Notes under the pieces: model-generated
What the model saw: the letters and a program-made list of their open reading frames with translations, nothing else
Databases searched by the model: none
What the model was told of the DNA's origin: nothing
From: Botryllus schlosseri
Taxonomy: Eukaryota
DNA: 64,000 bases
Assembly (NCBI GenBank): GCA_051294905.1
Contig: CM119384.1
Coordinates: 7,440,001-7,504,000, forward strand
Direction of reading: 5' to 3'
Translations under genes and position numbers: made by a program
Shown: positions 12,201-27,200 of the stretch, in pieces
Layout of the letters: each line of letters begins with the position of its first letter
Numbering within the stretch: position 1 is the first letter of the stretch

Positions 12201-15200
12201 GTGCTTGTCACTTATGATAATGTGCAGGTTAATTCAAAGAATTTTCATAGTTCAACAACAGTTACCGGCTAGCATATCATAGATACCAGTCTCGAAATCA
12301 AATTAGAATGAATGGATTGAAGTCGGCTGTTATAGGTTTTCATTCAGTTCGAGCTAAGTAGCAGGCTGCGTGCTGACTGTGGATATCGTAAGACAAAAGC
12401 AGTGATGGTCACGGAGCCTAGAAATGGCAAGCTAGAAATCTGGTTTGATATTCCTAACGCAATTACAGAATAGGTTACAAGGAATGCATTTAATAAGTGC
12501 AGCAATAAAGCCTTACAAAGCCTACATCAGTAAACTCTATGGCATCAGAGATGATACAAAGTAGCCATTGTTGGCACTAAGTTGAAGTAGAAAGACAAAG
12601 CCTAAACTTATACTCAATAACATGTAGACATTTTGAGGCAGGGTTGTAATGACTCGAGTCCAACTTGAGTGGCGAATTTTTGGGTTGACTCGACTTGAGT
12701 CAAGTCATATTTTCGAATGCGCAAAATGACTAGACCAGAGTCAATTTTTGTATCAACTCTTCTTGTACTCGAGTCATTCGAACCAAGTCATACGACTCGA
12801 GACTAGGACGGCCAAGGCAGACATTTCATTGTAACTTCGAAGAATAGTAAAGTTATAACACTATTGGTATTTCGTCGGTCCTGATACTCGGAAAATACTG
12901 CCAGAAACTGTTAAAACTGAGGAAAATTACTATATTATGAATGCGAGCCATTCTATGTTACTAGCAGAGTTGAAAAAAGTGGGTTGAACCGGATTGAACG
13001 TAATGACTTGGACTCGGACTCGAGTCAAAACACTGCGACTCGGACCTCGACTAGCTGACTTGGACTTGACTCAGCGGTGAATTGAAAATGACTCGACTTA
13101 ACTCGAGTCAAAACTATAAAAGTGAAATTGACTTGATTGATTACAACCCTGTTTTGAACTAAGTAAAAAGTAGGTATTCTTGGCATAATTTTGTCCAAAA
13201 AACTACATATTGCGAAGTAGAAGTGAATGTAGTCAAAAATCATAAGTACTTGAGTACAGTACGTAATGCAAGTAGGCGTTCTGTTTCGAAAAAGGAGAAA
13301 TACCTAATTATTATCACTTCAGATCACTATCGTGCATGTACCAATTAATAGCGAATACAAAATCACAATATACACGTCATTATTGACAAGGGCATGAAAA
13401 CAGTGTCCTCTGCACAGCCAGTTGAATTCAACGCAAACCCGTTATTTTCAGCAGCATGAAGTTATCTCTAGTCAAACTCACGAATCTCGTGATATTAGGA
13501 TGCGCGATCGCCGACGCCGTCACCACCAGGTTCCTAAGATTCGACGAGAGCCACCAATTTCTTGAATGCAACTGCCCGTTCAAAATCTTCGGCTGTCGCC
13601 AGGTCGAAAACCTCACCCTGGACTGCGACGACTGCGCCTCCCGCACTTTTGACAACATCACCCTGCCGTTCTTAGAACGCACCACGATATGCTGCCGAGA
13701 CAACGAGGATTCATCGGATAAGACACTTTTAAACGTCCAAACCCTCGTGAATTATTTGAACAATTCCGACATACAGCATTTCGCCACGAACGGCTGCGAT
13801 TTCGAACAATCCGCCAACACCACATCGAACACAAGAGATTTTATAGCGATCAACGACTTTTGGAAGATTCGAATCAAAGAGATCGGCAGCGGGACCGTAC
13901 TGGCGCAAGCTAACGTCACAGAAAGCAAGCTGAACGTCTGGGCGAAGGCGCATACGTCTGAGAAAAGAGCCAGAGACTTGACCAACTCGCTCTACGTTAA
14001 GACAGACACGTTTAGCGAGGTGTACAGCGACAACAGCACGGTAAAATCCTTCACTGTCATAGATTGGAGCGGAAACAATTCAGACCCGAGCCTGCGGACA
14101 TACTTGTACGCGACAAGCGATACGGGAGACACTGACCCATGAACACATCCAGATACCAAAATTCATGTGATGTCGCGACAAATTTGCAAAGTACCAAGAT
14201 TCGCAAACGACACATGTCTGCAAGAAGTGACAATAAAGGGATTATTATCCAGTGGCAGGATAGAAATATTTTGCCGGCCGGTTCTATCGCAATAGTCATA
14301 AAATTCTTCAGACGGTTCTGTAAAAAAACTCATTGCCAAGCGGTTTGATGATCACGGAAAATCTTGTGACACGGTTTTATGAAAACGGTGTGAACCGACT
14401 GAATCCGACCGAGACATATTGAGGAAACATGGATTCAATGTATCACTACTGGAATCTGGCAAGAAACCAGGCTTTCGCACAGAATTCGAACTGACAATAA
14501 CATCAGAATTTCTACCGACCATCCCCCGACTCAAGACCTCATTTTACCATCTTTAAAACAATTATCAATGAGACAAAGGCTTTTCACAGTGACTTCCGCC
14601 GGCAAATTCTGCTAAAGCAAAAAATTATCGAAAAGACAGATTTCGCATCGGGAGAGGCTTTTCATTCTTTCGTGTGCCGGCTTTGACCAAAATTCGGCAA
14701 CCTAGTTTGTGACCAAAATTCGGCAACCTAGTTTGTGTCAACAAAAGGAGTACATTGAATTTAAGCCATATGTCCATCTCAATTATTGGAATTTTCATGG
14801 CTGTGACGTCAAATTCGGTGATTTGTTGATGTACAATGGTCTTTTAATTCTCTACTAGTTGCTGACAATCACCCCTTGACGAGTGTCAGCCGGAAATATT
14901 CAGGTTTATTTTCATATGAATATACCATTCATTCAATTGTCCGTTGAAGTTCTGCAGCTCCGAGAGTCTGTTCAAAGTAACCAAACGCGAGACTGGCCGA
15001 CAATCAACTACATACCGCTTCTCAGCTTCCGTTGAATGACGGCCACTTCCTCCGTCTTCCGCTTCAGTATCTTCTGCTGGTTTCTGTTCTTCAGTTCCAG
15101 TTCCTAAAAAGCGTCGGCGCAAAAGGTCACTGTGAATTCCGAACGGAAGGCTCCGCGGACGCGTACTTTAATTTTAGTCTGATCCCGTGTTAGCACCGTT

Positions 15201-18200
15201 TCTAATTTCCGTTTTTGGTCTTGCTCCTGCTTCAATTTCCTCTGCATGTCTTCTTGCATCTGACGCATCGTGGCAATTCCTGTCGTTAATGAATCGCGAT
15301 TAGTGTTACTTCAGTGATCCATGCGACATGGCGAACATTTTAAATGCCAACGACAGTATTATAACAATGGACGAAGGATATCAGTTGCGACTTGCGATAT
15401 CTCGTAATAAAGACTGACCAATATCTCAAATGAGAGTCTGCAGAAAAACGGACAAAGTAATATCGAAATACAGTAATTAACAAGCCGGCATAGCATAGTC
15501 AGGACCGCTTGGGAAGAATAGCAAAATAACTCCGGGAATACAGTCGCTTTGCCGCGTCTGATGGCATTTGATCGCACAAAATATCCTGACTAATTTGGCG
15601 TCGTCGGGAGAAGCCGTTTGATAAAGGTGGTCGGCAATAAAGTTCTTCTGCTCAGGGTTGTAATGACGCGCGTCTGACTCGAGTCGGGATTTTTTTGTGA
15701 CGAGACTTGACTCGAGTCAATTTTTGTATTGACTCGACTTGTACTCGAGTTATTCTGCCTGACTCGAGCCAAGTCACATGACTCGAGACTAGGACTGCCA
15801 AGACAGACATTTCATTGTAATTTCGAAGAACAGTAAAGCTAACACATTATTGGTTTTTCGTCTATCAGACGTGATACTTGAAAATAGGGCCAGAAACTGT
15901 TGAAACTGAGGAAAATTACTATATTAGCCTACCAATGCGAGCTATTCTATATCCCTCGAGCAGAGTTGAAAAATGGGGGTGAACTGAAAACTGAACAGTG
16001 AGCATAATGACATGGACTTGACTCGGTGGTGAGTTGAAAATGACTCGACTTGCCTCGAGTCAAAACTATAAAAGTGAGATAGACTTGCGACTCGGAACCT
16101 TGTGACTTGATTGACTTGATTACAGCCCTGCTTCTACTGTCCTGAGGGCAATCAAGCCTACATGCAGTATAAAATCTATTTAACTTTTACACTTTGGATT
16201 ACATAAAGCAGAAATTAGCTTTGCGATATGTTTGCACTACTTCTATGAGTGAAATTGTCGTAATAACCGGGCGAAATTGCCCATGAATCACAGAAACTGA
16301 ATATATTTTCGGTGTCGTTAGTCATGCCGGCCGGGTTAGCATTCTGCGCTTTGCGAAGTCTCCGATTAACTGCTAACAATCTGCGGCCCATCGTCCAAAT
16401 CTACTTTATGAAATGACTGGAGTACTTTTGATATCTTCATCCGTACTTCATGTTGAAGTAGTTTGTAGACATTGCTACTTCTACTTGTAATTGAGTATAA
16501 ATTTATAGCGTCACTCCTACTTCTAGTTCTACTTCAGCAACAAGCTGTGCAAAAGTCATAGCAGCACATCATTCATTGACTTAGACAGGCGGTTTTACAT
16601 CAGGCCCACAGTGACCCAACATCACTCACCTAACTCCAATTCTTTAATTTTCTTTCTGTTCTGTGCGGGAATCGTTGCGAGACTCTCAGTTTCTCTCTGC
16701 TTCTTCTGAAGCATCTGAACGGAAACAATACAATTCGCCATGCATCCTTGAAAATATCGTCTTTACGACACGAGACTACGAACATGGTAGCAAACTAGCA
16801 TATTTGTTTCAGATCAACAATAATCGGCTGGTAATAATTGACTTGTTCAGATCGAGGGGCTTGCTTTGTGGCACTGGGACACAGCAAAGAGATCTGGTTG
16901 AAATACCAGGGTTTGGCCTATAGTTTACGTATCTTGAAGATGCTTGCTTGAACAAATTTCTGAAAATCAATACACTTTATCTTTATAAAAAAGATGTTAA
17001 CGGAATGGAGAGAAGAACCAAGCATTCCGTATTGTAAGTACAGAGTAGGTGTCCGCATGACCACCTGTGATTAAAATGTGGGTCCTTGGTGATACCTTGA
17101 TGCGCTATGGAATTCAAATGGTCGAAAAAATGTAAGGAAACCAATCACTCCAACCGGATGCAACCATCAATTTCACGAGTGATCAGCAAGCCAAAAACAA
17201 GCCAAAAACAAAAAATGCAGAATACAACAAACCTGAACTTTTGATTTCGCCGCCTTCAGCCTCTGCTCATACTCCACTTTCAATTTCTGCATCTCCTAAA
17301 TCATAAAGAGCGTTGTTTTGAATCAAAATCTGCATCACTACAATTTTATCGGTGCGTCAGCTAGTATGGAGGTACGGACGCGTCATTCAAGACTATTATT
17401 AATCAGCGTACTACAAGGCAATCGTTACCTACACATTTTATAATGCTGAACGCTAAGCACAAAAACTCTAGTCTGGAAGAATGTTGGGATGACTCGGGTC
17501 ACGTTTTTCGAAAGATTTGAACCCGGCGTAATTGGCAAAATAGGAAATCACTCGTGACTCGGATTTTAATTTGAGTCAACGTTGAAGTCATTAAATATTT
17601 CCTTCCCACAGCATTTTAAGCCACTCAGGCAGGTTGAAACGTGATCTCGGCCTCAATACTAATCTGGACTCAAATTCTACTCGCATGGAGCATACCCTTT
17701 TTCTGAGCGGCATTCTCAAATCTCAGCGACGTACTCAAAAATTTCATCCCGTGCACATTAATCAAACTGAAAATATTTGGTGGCCTGGCATTGGAATATT
17801 GGAGACGACTTGAATTGTGACTCCAGTTGAAAATTTTTCAAATCATTTGACTTCATTCCAGTGAAAAATTACGATGACCCGAAACGCCTTCCGACTAGAA
17901 AGTACGGTATTGACTTGATCCCAAGACTGGTCCAGAATAAGTTATGAGTAGGGCGGATTTTTATGACCTAAAAAAGAAAATTTTGACCTAAAAAATCCAA
18001 ATTTTGACTTTTTTGACCTAAACAAACTGAATTTTGACCAAATTTTGACCTAGCGTATGCAAATTAGGTGTTTTCCCACGTAATGTTAAAATTGCACCAC
18101 TTATCTACATTTCTGGTTGGAATAGGCTGTCCTAACGAAGAAGTTTGGCCTGAAAAAACGTTTTTTGCTTAAAAACAGGCAACATTTTACATGAAAAACA

Positions 18201-21200
18201 ACAATATTTAACGAAATCTGGCCCTATGAAAAGAATTCCAGTGGTAACAATACGTATTATGGTGGGAATAATTTAAAAATTTTGTAGTACAACGAGAGAT
18301 ACTTTCCTACATTCTTGGGTAGAAAGTGCATGTCCTTACTATGAAACTTGCCACGAACGTTCAACAGCAGCAGTTGTTGGCTGACAACACTCAAGTTGTG
18401 CGTACACTGCACGCCGTGACACGCCGTGTTGCTTCATTCTGACAATGTTGTCCACATCACAATTTTTCATCATGCGCTTCTCAATATAAGAATGATGCAA
18501 TGCCCAAGAAGTCTTTCTTCGGTTAGGATATTGCGGTGCGTTGACCATAATACCGTGTCTACCTATTTGTTTTATTTGACCGTTCATGATTCACAATGAG
18601 CAGACAATTAGCCGTTTACAACGGTAGGCTCATAAAGTAGGCTGCAAGCTGTAAAATATCAAATGATACGTTCACCGACAGTGCAAAATTTACGATACAA
18701 ACGAAATGCAGACGTCAAAAAAATTTTGACTTCATGAACAATTTTGACGAATTTTGTCCTTACGCTACAATTTTGACAAAATTTTGACAAATTTTGACAT
18801 GTCAAAAAAAAAACGCCCTATAAGTTGTATCATGGGTATATGGTAATAACACTGAGTACCATGGGTCAAGAAATTGCAGCCGACGAAAGTTTAATGAGGA
18901 TTTGAATTCCATGTCACAGGGTCAAAAATAACCAATCGAAGGGTGTGTTAAGTTTGCAAACCGCTGCAAATGTAAATGTTGACTTGGTTACCTGTTCTGT
19001 CCCACCAGAGGATTGCTGCGTCTGTAAGACTCTGTGAGCTTCCAGCAATTCGTGTTTCGCCGTCTGCACCTCTCTCTGAAGCTGCATTATTTTACCCAGA
19101 TACTCGCGATTGACGGCCTCCGCGTCGTTACCTGAAATTTGACTCAACGATCAACATTTTTTAATCAATTCAACAACGCGTAGTCAAATTTACATCATCA
19201 CAATGTCATAAATCATATTGCATGTCATGTGATCACAGTCATGTATAATTATTAAGAAGAAATCATCACAGCATTGAAATATTTGAGTGTGACCTCTTGG
19301 CCTCGGCATTGATGCCGCGTACTCAATTTCCTCAAACGAGGCATTCAAACTACTGATGGTATTTTCCTGAGAATTTCAAACCATCCAAGAGGACATAATG
19401 CGCAAAAGACGATCATCACAAACTGAACAATGTAATGTGAGCGCATTCAATGCGCGTTATTCACACGTGATCAGACTATATGCCATATACATGAATGGTG
19501 TAGAATCCTTGCCGGTCAGTGTATTGACCGTAACACGGGCTGAATTCTCTGCCTTGTGACTGCAAAAACCATTTGTATTGTATGCTAACAATACAGAGTT
19601 AGCCAAGAAGCTTTACTTGAACTATCAATCCCGGGATTTCAATTTAACAGGCAACCATGAAGGACAATGACGACCTATTGCATCCATTACACACAGTTGC
19701 TATATCTCATGCTTTTAAGGAGAACTATGCAAATGAGTATCATGCATAAAACCTGATTGGGCAACAGGTCATTCAGGTTGCGGTTGTCATATTCTCAAGT
19801 TACGTAAACCAAAAAAATGGGAATCAAACCACACCAGTTCGAACCAGTTCCTTGATCAGTCCTTCCTTCATGCGGATGTTGATGGAGAGCTCCCGGATTT
19901 TATTGTTCGAATTTTGAGCGCGAAGCTCGGATTCCTTGAGTCTTCTCAGCGACTGTACCGTGCTCTCCCGAAGATGGTTCAAATCCGCGGTGACATTGTC
20001 TAAAACAGACCCCGTAAAGTCACATGCCGTAAAATTTCACGCACGGGTTTTTGCGCGATTCCTAATTTTGAGTAATGTCTAAGTAATCTGCATTTCTAAT
20101 CGAGTGGAAGGCAGGATTTCCAAGACATGCCAAACATTTCAAGTCTAAGCATAAATGGAAGGTTTGAAAATTACTCGAGTAGCTTCAAAAGTAGATTTTA
20201 CCGAGTAGAGTCACATATTTGGTACAGTATTAAATTGGGGGGGGGGGGGTGGTACTTTTAAAATTTCGAGATTCGCAAAATCACAACAACAATGCAAAAT
20301 TTAGAGTAGCAGTGGAATTAGTTTCAAAACAAAACCACTCGAGTAGTGATAGCAAACAAAACTTACAAGAGTACTACAGAAAACACTTTGTTGCCGACCG
20401 CCACTGGTAATGAACATCGAGAATGAATACCAGATTGTCATCGGACATTATACTCGCTACAAAAACTAGAACCTTCACACGCGGGACTCACCCGATTGGT
20501 CTTGGTCTGCGTTTCCGTCTGACATTTTTTTCGCAGTCGGTATCCTCCACTGTTGCTGCTGAGTCACGCTGTCGATAGCAACGGGACATTATAAAGGCGC
20601 ACTGTAAACTGTCGTTAACAAGGTCTAATTCCGAGCGCTGAAGTAAGTTTTGCCGACATGCACAACTTACTCAAGTGGTGATGGCATTCGATTACTTCTA
20701 CCGTGTCCACCTCAGGCTACGCACTGCATGAATTTACATTACTTCACCACTACTTGGACAGTTATATAGGATAATTACCCATTCTTTTTCTCGGCTTTTA
20801 CAAATTGGATTTTGAAAAGTTGAAAGTCGTTTTGGGACAAGTGGAAAATGCCCATCACTCCTTATATCTATTCGCAGTGTCAGTAGTCATTTTGCGTTAG
20901 TCGCGAATATACAACATGCCATTTCGATTAACTGCCACAAGTAGCCTATACAGCCCGCCAACCAAAGCCGCTCTTTGGAACTACTTCCTGGAGTGCCTTC
21001 GAGAGATTTCCTTTAATAATTCCAATCACAGTAGTTTTTGGAGGTCCCGGTAATATCCGCTTCTACATCCACCCGAGCCGCAAAGCCAGTCACTTTGACC
21101 ACCTCTGTTGAAAACACACTGTAACGCATACGCCACAGTGGACACAAGCTATTGTTTTGTAAATCAACAATGCAAATCTTCCATGAAACTGGGTGTGTGG

Positions 21201-24200
21201 TGGGCAGGGACGACGTCATTTTTCGCGCTCGCGTGTAATTCATAACCGACATTGCCTCGTTAACGACGCTTCGCACGCCACAATGTAATTACACTCGGCC
21301 AAACTCACAAGTTATCCAACTTTCTCGTCGTTGCACTTCTGTCGCTGATCCCGCCATTTTCTTCAGCGGCTTCCTGGTAATTGTTGCCGTCGTCCGTAAC
21401 GAAAGCCTTGTGATCGACCTCGTCTTCTTCCTCTATGCGGTCGGCTATCACGTGGTTTCTGGCGCGAAAACCAGCCATCACTCGTTCGGCCGATATTAAA
21501 GGAGGCGAAGAGTGGGCCTGAAATGGAATGGAGATTTAGCCTGGTACGCAAAATCGACTAGTGGAAGATTTAGAAAGATTACTACTTTCAATTGAGTAGC
21601 AAACGTTGGCTACTTCGGCTCCCTCTGATTGTAAATAATCTTCTGTCTCAATATTATAATGTGCCTTAAGATGACGCATTTTGCACGCGGCCGATGCCAT
21701 TTAGTACTCGATAGCGTGCTTGATTCGTGTCATTAAAATGATGTAAAATCAAAGGTAATTCGAAATGTCATCAAATGGTTAATTCAACCTAACGATAAAT
21801 GAAGGAAACAAAAGAAAACCGACGGCCTACTTTTTACCAGACATGACACCACCAAGTCAAGTGTCACCCACTAATACTACTAATTTACACAAAACAGTAG
21901 CGGTTACACTGATGTTGGATTGTGAACATGAGCGCGTCTTAAGAACCGCGTGAAAAAGCACTCAGGAAAACTTCCCCTCGCGACAAAGACTATGTTTGAA
22001 TTACACCGTGAAGTCCGAAGATCGGTAACACAATCCTGTAAGTCACACATTCGAGAAGTTAATCCCGCATCGTCTGACATTCCTGCGTCTCGAGCAAGAT
22101 CGCTTAATATCCGTTCTAATATTACGGTTACAAATGTTCCAGTATCAATGTACTGTATGTAATATGTGCGAGGTTAAGTGCCATGCAACCATTGGTCAAA
22201 GAATAGAAAATAACCCCGTTTTCGTGTTCAATTTTTGAATTTGATACAACATCAATTCTAAGAATGATATTTCCTTTACATCTGCTACATTGCATTACAT
22301 TTGTTAGGCCTATATCACATTTTCTATTTGGTAAAGCATGAATAAAAATGTTGTACAGAATTAATTGGTCAGCTACTCCTGAGATAGTGAATTTTCACAC
22401 GAGAGCCGCATCGCTTCAAGGTGCGGGTATCGCGGCATTTGATATCTAGCAGACATCATTACTTTCGGCCACTCGTAATAGAATATACTACCGTTCCCCA
22501 AAAGCTTCGAATGTGTGAAGAATCAATTTACGTGCAGAGTGTCGAATTTTCGTGAAATCAAAAGTCGACAAAGTATACAGAGTATTGAGTTCATTTGACG
22601 CGGACCATTTGGTAAGAGAAGACTATAGTTTGCGGCTCCAGCAAAAACGGGGCATTTCCAAAGTGAGGACACAAAGGCACAGAGTAGCATAGAGTCAGGT
22701 AGTCAAAGATATACTATGAAATCTATGTCATTCAAAATATGGGATCTTACATTGCAGGTGAACTAGTAAACCTTGGAAACTACAGGTCATTTTCGGATCA
22801 ATCGCCATACTATATGCCGTTATTTTAAAAGAAGAGGTGATTAATTCAGGAAAACAAAGCATTTAGAAAGGTGCAAATGAGTTAACTTCCAGTGATTTGC
22901 TATTGTTCAAACTATTGTTGAAGTCGGTAGCATACATCAATAGCGTTTGAGCTCAATTCAGGAAAACTCAGAATCTAAGAAAACCAAGGTGAAAATAAAT
23001 GGGTTGCGGTATGACGGATGTCGCAAGCCATCTGACCTAAATAAACCGCTCGCATTTCTGCAATTGCCAGGTAGCAACAATGACACCGTTTCCTGGACGT
23101 AAGAGCAGGCACAATGGGTACTTAAAAAATATCAAATGTCAACAAATTTTAACGGACTGGTGAGCATTCATGTATTGATATTGTCGCGATGAGCACATTG
23201 CGATACCTTATGAGTGACAAACACATTCTGCCAAAATTAAGAAGTTCTCATGTGAAAGTTGGTAACGATTGTTTTAATGCATGCTGTATTTCAGAAGGAT
23301 TACTATGTACACCTTATACATGCGCAAAATTTCCAGTTAATCCATTGATGCGTCCAAATATCCCACGCTAATATTTTCACATAATGTAGAGAAGTGAATC
23401 GTATCATATTGTGCCCACTCAAATGCAATTAATCCTATGCCGGCGCACTGCAACCAAATTCGTAAAAGAGAGCAGCGCAACGTAGCTACCATGGCTAAAT
23501 GAAAAACATTTCAACCCCATGATGTCATCATAATGCAGTGTATACGTTGCCCCAGCAATGGTAAATAAACAATACTAACCATAATCACAAATGACAAATA
23601 TACATATGTTTTGAGGTGAAGTGGGTGGGAATATTATTTGCTAACGCGACGCTGCCTCGTATGGAAATGGACATGAAGGTAATGGATGTGTGACTAACAG
23701 AGATATCATTTCTAATGGATGTAATAATCATCTATTCATCCCTGTACATTTTATTTGCATGTATTTTTAAAAATATAGGTTAGGCAAGGCGTATGTATAA
23801 TGACGGTTGATGGCACTGGTAGTATTTCAGTATCCTGACCAGATTAGGGATTTGTTGTGCAACCCAGAGAGGCAGACTTTGTTTGTGATTTTCTCAATAA
23901 GGTAGCCGGGTTTGAGAAATGAATACTTGAGATGAACGACTTTAGTATTTTGTAACATCCTCACTCGGAATAAGGAATACATTCCAATTGGATATCCGGA
24001 TATTTATGTTGTATACAAACAATGCAGGACTCGATTACATTTCCTGAATATCTAGAACGGACAAGAGAAAGCTACTGTAAGAGCATCAAGTTCAGAGGAC
24101 TAAGATAGGAAATTACTACAAAGGAAATGACTGCATAGTGGCCAAACCAATGACATCAGGACCGTGGCGATTATATAGAGCTCGCTGCAACAGTAAATCT

Positions 24201-27200
24201 TGCAACTTAGAAACTGCCCTGACCCGATAAGAGAGAATGATGCCACTCAGGAAGTTTTGAGTAATCGCGAATTTGGAAAGCTATATATAATGTTGATATA
24301 TGGAACAATGGCAAAGCAGCAGAATGAGCCAGCAACACTATCCCATGACTTTGAAAGGGTCGCTTAACACAGTAGGAAACACCAGAAAGACCAACATTAC
24401 GCAGATTCAAGTCACATGAACCATTGCAGAATGCTGATAACACTGAAATATTCAAAGAGTACCGGCAGGCTAGTGATAGCATAGCAGGAAATGCTTTGAT
24501 CTATTTTTGATTTAAAAAACTATTGTCCTGTAAAACACCAGTGTTGCAAATATATATACAACACCAAATATGGAAGAATGGAATGGGAACTTCCAAGCTA
24601 CGCTATTTTGGCGCGTAGCTGGAAACCTTTTGAATTGGAGGATACGTAGCCACATTATCCATTCATGTGTGCAGTTTCAGAGTGCTACGTCAAATATTTC
24701 AAGATATATTAAGGCATGTAGCAGGTCAGCTCCCGGATGAATGGAAAAATTATGGTGGGTTTGCAAGATTCACGTAATACTCTATCCGATTTACGTAAGC
24801 CTACGTAGCATACTTTTGAAATTTTCCTCGAAGGATATGTCCTACTAGTCTTTCTAAATTACACTTGGTCCAGTGAGTGTCAATATAATTTGAAAAGTCG
24901 CGCCGTGCATATTAGACGAATCGAATTTATGGATTGTATTATTGTACCTGAAACTTGTGTTAGGGTAGACCACTCTTGGACAGTTGCGTAGTGATTTCAA
25001 ATTAAAGAAGATTTGTTGTATTTATTGTGAAGCAACTTTGACTGATATATTTCACTTAGATGGTTAAGATGGCAGATGGCAGTATGATATGCACATAGAA
25101 TAGGCAACCAGGGGGCTGTCATTAAAGATACCGTCACACAACGTTAGAATATGACAGCCTTTGTAGCGGCCGACAGGAACTCACGTAGTGACGCAATGAA
25201 CGTTCTCAAGCCTAATAAAATCATACGGGAGAGATTTCCTGTTGCAGCAAAAGAGCACGCCATCCGGTTGCACGCCCACGTACTATGCCTGTGTGCGCTA
25301 ATGCAGCAGGCCGAATAGCGCTTATGTGTCATTAAGTGTTAGAATGAAAGATACGGAACAGATCGGGTAACATAGCAACAGGCGTTAGTATCTTAGGTAA
25401 GCTATAGCGACATAGTGGTTGACGGCATCAGAGATAAGGCGACACTCTGTCTATCGTTTTCATTTTTAATTATTATTATATTATTGTCTACCAATGTAGT
25501 GGATGTTGTAGCATTTGACTGAGAATTAAATTTCTGATAGTGAACAGCTGTAGTCCCTTTCAATTCATTTAAATTCTAACCTATTCTAAGAATATTGCAG
25601 TACTGACAAATGAGAAACTTGACATTCACCATGCTCCCCCCACCCCCCCAATTACTGATTCACAAGCTGATGAATGTACAATGTACATGTATCCATCATA
25701 CCTTACTGTTTGTGATTATACAGCCAAATTTCATCGTTCAATTCCGTTTTAATAACTGTTACGGTATGTTTACGTTTTTAACACCCCCCATTCAGGAATT
25801 GGTAACTCGTTAGCTATGTACAGTGCAGGCCAGTATTACCAATGGCACATACGTGAAAACTAGGATACCTCCAAGAAGTCTACTCATTGGGACATTATGT
25901 AGTCTTCAAGCTAGTAAGCACTATGGCATTGCAGCATCTTATGGTATCTCTTTTGGTTATATATCGTAAGCAATGTTGAGTTGACTTTGATGTCCAATGT
26001 TATCACATATTCAAAATCATACCGCTTGACAAGAAAACTAGCATAAAAGCTGCTGTATTTCGTATGTGCTTTCATGTGTGTGAGCTATAATGGAACTGTC
26101 ATAATCGGTCGGTCCTAGTTTCTAAATGAACAATATCTTATCCATCCATCTCACTTGAATTTAGTGACATCAATACCGTCGCCATAACATAGTGCCAGCA
26201 CAGTCTGTATACCATGCTGTCAGTACGGTCTTACAACCATACCAGGGATGATCCAACCTCGAGAAATGACAAAATATATCTGGAAGATTATGCAATAGGA
26301 TCCATTTTCAGGAAATAGTCTGACCATAAGAATTCAGGCAAGTTTGTTTTTCATCAAACGAAAACAGAATGATGCAGCAGTAGCAAATGATGACTTTAGA
26401 ATCTGCAAACTGGTTAGATGACTCACTAATTATCCCATACAGCAATGCTGCCTAGAAGCACCGAGTTAGTAATGATGAGGGCATACAGAAATTATTCCTT
26501 AATCCATTACCTAATGTGACAGAAGAAGAATTTCAAGAGGCAGCCTACCTAGCCCATCAATCTCAAATCTAAACCGAGCATGAATCATTATGTTTCCTAA
26601 ACAGTACCTACTCAGGTGACAGGTAGCCGGGCCTTATTTGAAATTTATTAGATATTAACAACAAATGTCTGTCATAGCGCCCCTGCAAGATTAGCTGCAG
26701 GAAATCAAAATAGTACAGCCGAATACGTACCTGTGACACATTTTAAACTTACAATGATCAATTTTTTATTTTCAGTATTAGAATTTTAATAACAAATTTA
26801 CTGTGAACACTAACCCTTTACTTTACTGTGCCACTTTGGAGATACAAGGTCTTAACCACCAAAAAATGGCGGAGCAAGTAACTCTCAAAAAGAAACTGCT
26901 GCAAGAAATTTCCGGGGGCCTGCAGGTTCTGAGACATTCTTCCGCAAGGAGTGAGTAATTATTTGATTTGATTTAGTTTGGGTTGAAGACCAGATTTTTG
27001 ATCTAAGTGCATCAAGAAGAGAAAAGTTTCGTGTTTATAGCCGGTAACATTCCTAAATAAATCACATCAATGGCAATTAGATGAAAACACAATAACAAAA
27101 TGCTAAAATCTTCAGCATGAGGCAGGCCTAATTTACGAATCAAAGTTCAATAGAAGGACGTTATGCAAAATAAGCCAATTTCAAATTAAATATTCAGATA

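Noticed and set aside
14684-14735. 26-bp perfect direct repeat
   Set aside because: A local tandem duplication with no further structure.
20237-20249. Poly-G run as a functional G-quadruplex element
   Set aside because: An isolated homopolymer inside a repeat fragment, with no supporting context.
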